DNA of 43,035 nucleotides from a virus (Duplodnaviria; Heunggongvirae; Uroviricota; Caudoviricetes): IMG/VR virus record IMGVR_UViG_2541047789_000007, positions 1 to 43,035 of that record; one strand, 5' to 3'. Shown piece by piece: positions 37,196 to 43,035 of this stretch (position 1 is its first letter; each line of letters starts with the position of its first letter). The notes under the pieces were generated by a model. It saw only the letters and a program-made list of their open reading frames with translations, ran no database searches and was not told where the DNA came from. The position numbers and the translations under genes were made by a program.

Positions 37196-38059
37196 ATGAA
37201 AAAATCTGAAGGTTTTCAGTCGTTGCAGCAACCACTTTCCGGCCTGCCCCAATGGGTCTCTGAACGCATTCTGCAGCAGATAAATCAGCTTACTCACTAT
37301 GAGCCGGTAATAGGCATTATGGGCAAAACCGGGACGGGAAAGAGCAGACTGTGCAATACCCTGTTTGCTGGGGATATATCACCAGTCAGTGATGTGGCGG
37401 CATGTACTCGACAACCACTGCAGTTTCGCCTGCAGCTCGGCAAACGCTTTATGACAATTATGGACCTACCCGGTGTTGGAGAGTCCGAACTACGGGATGC
37501 TGAATATGCCGCACTCTACCGTGAACAACTTCCCCGGCTCGACCTGGTGCTGTGGTTGATCAAGGCCGATGATCGAGCGCTGGCGGTGGATGAACATTTT
37601 TACCGGGAGGTGATTGGTGAGGCATATCGGCATAAGGTGTTGTTTGTTATCAGTCAGTCCGACAAGGTTGAACCCACCTGCGGTGGTGAAAAGCTGTCTA
37701 CAGAGCAGAAACAAAATATCAGCCGCAAAATCTGTCTATTGCATGAGTTATTCCAACCTGTAAACCCTGTCTGTGCGGTGTCGGTACGTTTGCAGTGGGG
37801 GCTGCTGGTGATGGCTGAACGTATGATTCGTTGTCTTCCACGTGAGGCCAGTAGTCCGGTAGCGGTACAGCTTAGTGCTCCACTTCGTACCGATGCCGTT
37901 AATAAAAAAGCCCGTGACGATTTTGGTGAAACGGTCGGCTCGGTACTGGACACAGTAAGTTCCATGCCCCTGATACCGGCCCCTGTTCGGACAGTCATCC
38001 AGTCTGTACGCGACATCGTGGTATCGGTCGCTTGTAAAGTCTGGAATTTCTTCTTCTGA
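37196..38059 (+). CDS. yfjP: YfjP/YeeP-family GTPase
   Basis: G1 motif GIMGKTGTGKS; GAGGAG RBS before ATG 37196. Confidence 0.75.
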   Translation: MKKSEGFQSLQQPLSGLPQWVSERILQQINQLTHYEPVIGIMGKTGTGKSRLCNTLFAGDISPVSDVAACTRQPLQFRLQLGKRFMTIMDLPGVGESELRDAEYAALYREQLPRLDLVLWLIKADDRALAVDEHFYREVIGEAYRHKVLFVISQSDKVEPTCGGEKLSTEQKQNISRKICLLHELFQPVNPVCAVSVRLQWGLLVMAERMIRCLPREASSPVAVQLSAPLRTDAVNKKARDDFGETVGSVLDTVSSMPLIPAPVRTVIQSVRDIVVSVACKVWNFFF

Positions 38060-38088
38060 ATCGCCCCTTCTAACCCATTGTTTCCTCA

Positions 38089-38120
38089 GCCCTGTCGCGA
38101 CTATGCGACAGGGCTTTTTT
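38089..38120 (+). terminator. Rho-independent terminator after yfjP-like
   Basis: GCCCTGTCGC-gactat-GCGACAGGGC followed by T6. Confidence 0.65.
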
Positions 38121-38152
38121 GTCTTTATTTTTCCATCATGAGGAGTCTGTTT

Positions 38153-38980
38153 ATGACCCGCCTGGCTTCGCGCTTTGGCGCAGCAAATATTATTCGTCGT
38201 GACCGCCCGTTAACCCGTGAAGAGTTGTTTCGCGTGGTGCCCAGCGTGTTTAGTGAGGACAAGCACGCATCGCGTAGCGAACGGTATACCTACATTCCCA
38301 CAATTTCCCTACTGGACAGCCTGCAGCGCGAAGGCTTTCAGCCGTTCTTTGCCTGTCAGACCCGAGTGCGAGACCCTGGGCGTCGCGAGCATACAAAGCA
38401 TATGTTACGTCTGCGCCGCGAGGGGCAGATTACCGGTAAACAGGTGCCGGAAATTATACTGCTCAATTCTCACGATGGCTCCAGTTCGTATCAGATGTTA
38501 CCCGGATTATTCCGTGCGGTATGCCAGAACGGGCTCGTCTGCGGCGAGTCGTTTGGTGAGGTGCGGGTACCGCACAAAGGGGATGTGGTGAGTCAGGTGA
38601 TTGAGGGGGCCTATGAAGTATTGGGGATTTTTGACCGTGTGGAAGAGAAGCGGGATGCCATGCAGTCGCTGATACTGCCGCCACTTGCACAACAGGCTCT
38701 GGCACAGGCTGCACTGACGTACCGTTTCGGTGAGGACCACCAGCCGGTGACAGCACCTCAGGTACTATCACCTCGGCGCTGGCAGGATGAGAGTAATGAC
38801 CTGTGGACCACCTACCAACGTATTCAGGAGAACCTGATAAAAGGTGGGCTTAGCGGACGTAGTGTAAAAGGCGGGCGAACGCATACCCGTGCCGTGCGCG
38901 GTATCGATGGCGATGTGAAGCTTAACCGTGCGCTGTGGGTGATGGCGGAAGCCATGCTCAGTGGTTTCCGGCCTGCGTAA
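38153..38980 (+). CDS. yfjQ: YfjQ-like protein (DUF932)
   Basis: 275 aa from ATG 38153 (AGGAG RBS); synteny. Confidence 0.65.
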   Translation: MTRLASRFGAANIIRRDRPLTREELFRVVPSVFSEDKHASRSERYTYIPTISLLDSLQREGFQPFFACQTRVRDPGRREHTKHMLRLRREGQITGKQVPEIILLNSHDGSSSYQMLPGLFRAVCQNGLVCGESFGEVRVPHKGDVVSQVIEGAYEVLGIFDRVEEKRDAMQSLILPPLAQQALAQAALTYRFGEDHQPVTAPQVLSPRRWQDESNDLWTTYQRIQENLIKGGLSGRSVKGGRTHTRAVRGIDGDVKLNRALWVMAEAMLSGFRPA

Positions 38981-38981
38981 G

Positions 38982-39021
38982 TTCACATTTTACCTCTGGC
39001 ATGGTTATTAAAATGTGAATA
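38982..39021. promoter_or_regulatory. 11-bp perfect inverted repeat upstream of yfjR-like (candidate operator)
   Basis: TTCACATTTTA (38982-38992) and TAAAATGTGAA (39011-39021), no T-tract. Confidence 0.3.
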
Positions 39022-39206
39022 AATGACACACCCTGTCATTTCTGGTGCACAGAACTTGCCGGTTAAATCATCAGAAATCCGCGCAGGTCTGATAATCACG
39101 GGCTTCATGCGCTTCCCAAATTAATTCCCGTCGTGGACATATCCTGTCAACCCTCTCCTTTAGAATCTTATTTCTTTCAGTCAGTTAACCATGCGGAGGA
39201 GCCTCC

Positions 39207-39902
39207 ATGCCACTGACAGAGCGCCGCTACGACAGGCTGGCGGTCAGGCTGTCGCTGATTATCAGCCGTCTTGTGGCGGGTGAAACGTTAGAGATGCAAA
39301 AACTGGCGACCGAGTTTGATGTGTCGGTCCGTACCCTGTACCGGGATTTTCGCGAACGACTGATGTATCTGGACCTCGAATGTCATCAGGGGTGCTATCG
39401 CCTGCGGACCGGTGCAGGTCCGCAGGGTGAACTGGATGTGCTGACTTTTGCATACCGGGCCGGGCTGGTCGATATCTTTCCGGGGCTGGACAGGCGTCTG
39501 GCGGGCGCACTGCTGGCATCGGATGGAACCCCTTGCCTGGTGTGGCAGTCACCACAGCCGATAACGGCCACCAGCCCGCTGGTATTTTATCGGCTGGTCA
39601 GCGCCATCACCGGCAGCCAGCGTGTATTGCTGCTCGCTGACGGTGAACGTTGTGACGGACTGGCCCCGTACCGTCTGATATTTCTCGACGGCTGCTGGTA
39701 CCTCACCGGTGAAATTAACGGACATATAACCGTGCATCCTCTGGCGACCATCCATGCAGTGACAATCCTGAACACCACTTTTACCCCGCGAAAACGTCTC
39801 AGCCTGTTAACCACTCAGGCAGGCTTTATCCGGGCACTTCCTCACTTCAGCTGTATCCGTGAAGTTTTGTCACAGACTGCCGATAACGGGGGATCGGGAT
39901 GA
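39207..39902 (+). CDS. yfjR: YfjR-like transcriptional regulator (HTH + WYL-type domain)
   Basis: 231 aa; N-terminal HTH (LATEFDVSVRTLYRDF), synteny. Confidence 0.65.
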   Translation: MPLTERRYDRLAVRLSLIISRLVAGETLEMQKLATEFDVSVRTLYRDFRERLMYLDLECHQGCYRLRTGAGPQGELDVLTFAYRAGLVDIFPGLDRRLAGALLASDGTPCLVWQSPQPITATSPLVFYRLVSAITGSQRVLLLADGERCDGLAPYRLIFLDGCWYLTGEINGHITVHPLATIHAVTILNTTFTPRKRLSLLTTQAGFIRALPHFSCIREVLSQTADNGGSG

Positions 39903-39939
39903 GTTTTGGTTTAATGACCTCTGTTAACAAGAAAAAACA

Positions 39940-40164
39940 ATGACCTGGCATTACGAGATAAATGGCGTACGTCACGACAATGTGACCGAAGACGACATCA
40001 CAGGCCTGATTGTTCACGGTGAACTGACTGCCGCCACTCTGGTTTGGCGACAGGGAATGACGGAGTGGCAACCGGTCTCCGCCACCCCACTAGCTTCGGT
40101 GCTAGTTCAGAGCGCCATACGCCAGCATACGCCCACAGCCCCTGACGCATCAGGGGCTTTATAA
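39940..40164 (+). CDS. Small conserved island protein (YpjK-like)
   Basis: 74-aa ORF, synteny. Confidence 0.45.
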   Translation: MTWHYEINGVRHDNVTEDDITGLIVHGELTAATLVWRQGMTEWQPVSATPLASVLVQSAIRQHTPTAPDASGAL

Positions 40165-40175
40165 GGAGTCTTATA

Positions 40176-41084
40176 ATGAAAAGAAAATCTTTCTCTGCAA
40201 ATGTGAAATGGAATTGGTTGGCATTGTCTGTCGCACTGATGGCCCCGACTGCAGCCCAGGCAACCGCCAAAACGGCGGTAGAAGCCAGGAACTGTCAGTC
40301 AGAAAACAATACCTGCCCATATCCTTTCGACCTGTACAAAACCGACCCGGCGTACAAAAAGTCGTTTGATGAGACCATGAATCAGAATGGTTTACCGGCG
40401 ATGCTCGACGAGATGAATGGTCCAGCGGGTCCGATGGAACCAGTAAAAATTGACGGTAAAGTCTACCTGAAAGGTTTTATGTGTGAAGACGGTAACTGTG
40501 GTAACCACAATCTGACATTCTTGTACCAGCCTGACCTCCATAACTTCGTGGGCTTCTACAGCAACGGTAAAGATGGGCAGTGGGTTAATACCCCAAGTGA
40601 TGGTGAGCTGAAAGTATTACGTGCATTAGTCAATGGGACTGCGGAACCAGCACACACGCCAATCGCCACTACCACGTCCAATGATGCACCACCAGCGAAT
40701 ACCATCTGGGAATTTACCGGGGGTAACGGTGACACTCTGTGGAACATGTGCGGCGGTAAACATAACAGTTGTGTGATTGTTGGTAATACCAAACACGTGG
40801 CCGCCGTGTTAAATCACAAATCTGCAAGTGGGTGTTCATTAGGTGATTTTTACATCATTGACAAGGATGACCGTTCCTGGCAACAGCGAGATACTGGAAC
40901 CTGTAGTCCAAATGCCTGGGTGCGCAAAGGCTCCATTAAAGGTGGTCAATATCTGTCTGTTGACATCGGCGTTGGCAACGAAACGGTAATACAATATCCG
41001 ATCGGGTACTGGTCAGATGTGAAAGAGTTCACTGGCCCAAACCGACCATCCTGGGAAAAAGCAAAACAGGCAGCTAAGCAGTAG
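40176..41084 (+). CDS. Secreted protein, Cys-rich (YfjS/YfjT-like, apparently as a single ORF)
   Basis: 302 aa with N-terminal signal peptide (ALSVALMAPTAAQA); multiple Cys. Confidence 0.5.
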   Translation: MKRKSFSANVKWNWLALSVALMAPTAAQATAKTAVEARNCQSENNTCPYPFDLYKTDPAYKKSFDETMNQNGLPAMLDEMNGPAGPMEPVKIDGKVYLKGFMCEDGNCGNHNLTFLYQPDLHNFVGFYSNGKDGQWVNTPSDGELKVLRALVNGTAEPAHTPIATTTSNDAPPANTIWEFTGGNGDTLWNMCGGKHNSCVIVGNTKHVAAVLNHKSASGCSLGDFYIIDKDDRSWQQRDTGTCSPNAWVRKGSIKGGQYLSVDIGVGNETVIQYPIGYWSDVKEFTGPNRPSWEKAKQAAKQ

Positions 41085-41136
41085 GGTTATCGTTACGACA
41101 CGAAACATATCCTATTTTTCCTTCCTCGCTTTCAGT

Positions 41137-41171
41137 CCCCTGTCGCTTTTGCGACAGGGGATTTTGCTTTT
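41137..41171 (+). terminator. Rho-independent terminator
   Basis: CCCCTGTCGC-tttt-GCGACAGGGG followed by ATTTTGCTTTT; same stem sequence as the terminator at 38089. Confidence 0.6.
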
Positions 41172-41183
41172 AAGGTACACCGA

Positions 41184-41423
41184 ATGTCTGAACCTCAATG
41201 GTTACCACCGGGACCTTTCATCCGACAGCAGGCCGAAGCGATTACCCGCCGGTATCACAACATCGCAATTGAAGACGACCAGGGCAGTCACTTCCGTCTG
41301 GTGGTTCGCGACCCCGAAGGCCGTATGGTCTGGCGGGCGTGGAACTTTGAACCGGATGCCGGTACGGCCCTCAACCGGTATATCGGGCAGGATGGCATTT
41401 GCAGAGCATTATCCACCGACTGA
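41184..41423 (+). CDS. Small conserved island protein (DUF905-like)
   Basis: 79 aa, directly upstream of antirestriction gene. Confidence 0.45.
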   Translation: MSEPQWLPPGPFIRQQAEAITRRYHNIAIEDDQGSHFRLVVRDPEGRMVWRAWNFEPDAGTALNRYIGQDGICRALSTD

Positions 41424-41518
41424 CTGCAGTCATTTACCTACATACATTTCAGACCCTGATTACCCCATCTCATACGCCAGCCATCGCCGCTGGCGTTTTT
41501 TATTGACGGAGAAACCCT

Positions 41519-41977
41519 ATGACAACACAGACACAGAACGAATTTGTTCCCGCTAACGAACCGCAGTTCACCCTCAGTGCCACGCTGGTACCCGACGAAC
41601 AGCGTATCAACTTCTGGCCACAGCACTTCAGCTCCATTCCGCAGTGGATAACACTGGAACCTCGTATTTTCGCCTGGATGGACCGCCTCTGTGATGAGTA
41701 CAGCGGTGGTATCTGGTCCTTTTACTCGCTCAGCAATGGCGGCGCGTTTATGGCCCCTGATGCTGACAGTGACGATAAATGGCATCTTTTCAACGGCACG
41801 AACGGCAATGGTGCGGAAATGAGCGCGGAAGCCGCAGGTATCGCTGTCTGCCTGATTGAATACAGCCACCATGCCTGCCGTACAGAGTGTGACGCAATGA
41901 CCGCGCACTATTACCGTCTGCGGGACTACGCCCTGCAGCATCCAGAAGCCCACGCCATTTTGCGCATCATTGACTGA
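41519..41977 (+). CDS. Antirestriction protein (YfjX/YkfF family)
   Basis: 152 aa; synteny with RadC and CbeA-type antitoxin. Confidence 0.75.
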   Translation: MTTQTQNEFVPANEPQFTLSATLVPDEQRINFWPQHFSSIPQWITLEPRIFAWMDRLCDEYSGGIWSFYSLSNGGAFMAPDADSDDKWHLFNGTNGNGAEMSAEAAGIAVCLIEYSHHACRTECDAMTAHYYRLRDYALQHPEAHAILRIID

Positions 41978-41992
41978 CCAGAGGAACAACGA

Positions 41993-42469
41993 ATGAAACA
42001 GCTTTCCTTTTTACCCGGCGAGATGACGCCACAGGACCGGCGTCTCATTCAGCGGGCGCTTACGGCTCTGGACCGGCACCTGCATGAGCCAGGGGTAGCC
42101 TTCACCTCAACTCATGCCGTCCGAGAGTGGTTGCGGCTGCATATGGCCGCGCTTGAGCGGGAAAAGTTCCGGGTGTTGTATCTGGATAACCAGAACCAGC
42201 TTATCGCCCATGAGACGCTCTTTAGCGGCACGATTAACCGCACCGAGGTCCATCCCCGGGAAGTGGTCAAACGTGCTCTGTACTTCAACGCGGCGGCGGT
42301 GATACTGGCGCATAACCATCCTTCCGGAGAGACGACGCCCAGCCAGGCTGACAAAACCCTCACGCAGCGACTGGTTCAGGTACTTCAGTTGGTGGATATC
42401 CGTGTCCTTGACCACCTGATTGTCGGCGGCAGGCAAATCTATTCGTTCGCAGAACACGGTCTGCTGTGA
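41993..42469 (+). CDS. RadC-like JAB/MPN domain protein
   Basis: JAMM motif region AAAVILAHNHPSGE..PSQAD; 158 aa. Confidence 0.85.
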   Translation: MKQLSFLPGEMTPQDRRLIQRALTALDRHLHEPGVAFTSTHAVREWLRLHMAALEREKFRVLYLDNQNQLIAHETLFSGTINRTEVHPREVVKRALYFNAAAVILAHNHPSGETTPSQADKTLTQRLVQVLQLVDIRVLDHLIVGGRQIYSFAEHGLL

Positions 42470-42477
42470 GGTATTAC

Positions 42478-42699
42478 ATGGAAATTATTAGTAAACGCCA
42501 GGCAATGACGATATACCGCCAGCATCCTGAGTCCCGAATCTTTCGCTACTGCACCGGCAAATACCTGTGGCATGGCAGCGTCTGTCATTACACCGGCAGG
42601 GACGTTCCGGATATCACTGGAGTCCTGGCGGTATACGCCGAACGCCGCCAGGACCGCAAAGGGCCTTATACCTGCCTGATGAGTATTACCCTGAACTGA
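42478..42699 (+). CDS. DUF987 protein (YeeT/YpjJ-like)
   Basis: 73 aa from MEIISKRQAM; motif FRYCTGKYLWHGS...YTGRDVPDITGVLAVYAERR. Confidence 0.7.
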   Translation: MEIISKRQAMTIYRQHPESRIFRYCTGKYLWHGSVCHYTGRDVPDITGVLAVYAERRQDRKGPYTCLMSITLN

Positions 42700-42717
42700 C
42701 AATAAAGGAGGTTATAA

Positions 42718-43035
42718 ATGAGCAACATCACATGGGGGCTGCAGCGGGATATCACGCCACGCCTGGGAGCCCGTCTGGTGCAGGAGGGGAACCAGCTGCA
42801 TTATCTGGCTGACCGGGCCAGCATCACTGGTAAATTCAGTGACGTCGAATGCCGTAAGCTGGATGAAACATTCCCGCACTTTATCAGCCAGATGGAGTCG
42901 ATGCTAACCACCGATGAACTGAATCCCCGCCATGCCCACTGCGTCACCCTGTACCACAATGGTTTCACCTGCGAAGCCGACACCCTTGGCAGTTGCGGCT
43001 ACATATACATCACCGTTTATCCCACTCAACGATAA
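42718..43035 (+). CDS. CbeA/YeeU-family type IV antitoxin
   Basis: 105 aa; GARLVQEGNQLHYLADRA...LNPRH.H.VTLYH...CEADTLGSCGYIYI.VYPT; stop at window end. Confidence 0.8.
   Translation: MSNITWGLQRDITPRLGARLVQEGNQLHYLADRASITGKFSDVECRKLDETFPHFISQMESMLTTDELNPRHAHCVTLYHNGFTCEADTLGSCGYIYITVYPTQR

Larger units (their letters stand above)
22607..43035. mobile_element. CP4-57-like integrative island at ssrA (continues beyond window end)
   Basis: ssrA 3' end, then P4-type IntA, AlpA, YfjI/YfjJ-like, variable cargo, YfjP/Q/R, antirestriction, RadC, CbeA-type antitoxin. Confidence 0.8.

Overview
The window holds two horizontally acquired elements arranged in tandem around a 3'-end fragment of the tmRNA gene ssrA (about 22607-22640). 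Positions 1-22606 are a lambdoid prophage whose late and replication genes read on the minus strand in canonical lambda order: portal (runs off the window start), gpW-like, terminase large and small subunits, candidate cos, Rz/Rz1, SAR endolysin, pinholin, a DNA methyltransferase, Q antiterminator, DUF968, KilA-N, RusA, an O-like replication gene with internal iterons, and cro. cI is divergent on the plus strand, followed by a long non-coding leader, yfdP/Q/R-like early genes, an AT-rich membrane-protein moron, xis, int, and two AT-rich cargo genes (an OLD-like ATPase and a Dam-family methyltransferase). Positions 22607-43035 are a CP4-57-like integrative island: ssrA 3' end and terminator, P4-type integrase IntA, a yfjH-like gene disrupted by a complete IS1 with 9-bp target duplication, alpA, yfjI-like, yfjJ-like, then a variable cargo slot, then the conserved yfjP/yfjQ/yfjR/ypjK/yfjS-T-like/antirestriction/RadC/DUF987/CbeA-antitoxin backbone. 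The cargo slot is the most interesting part: a 1279-aa KAP/YobI-type P-loop NTPase with transmembrane helices inserted in the NTPase fold, and, convergent to it, an AT-rich retron-like module (OLD-family ATPase/TOPRIM gene, a ~170-nt non-coding stretch bracketed by a perfect 14-bp inverted repeat, then a reverse transcriptase). All calls rest on reading the sequence and the supplied ORF track plus recalled family signatures; no database search was run, and coordinates of hairpins and repeats are hand-counted.
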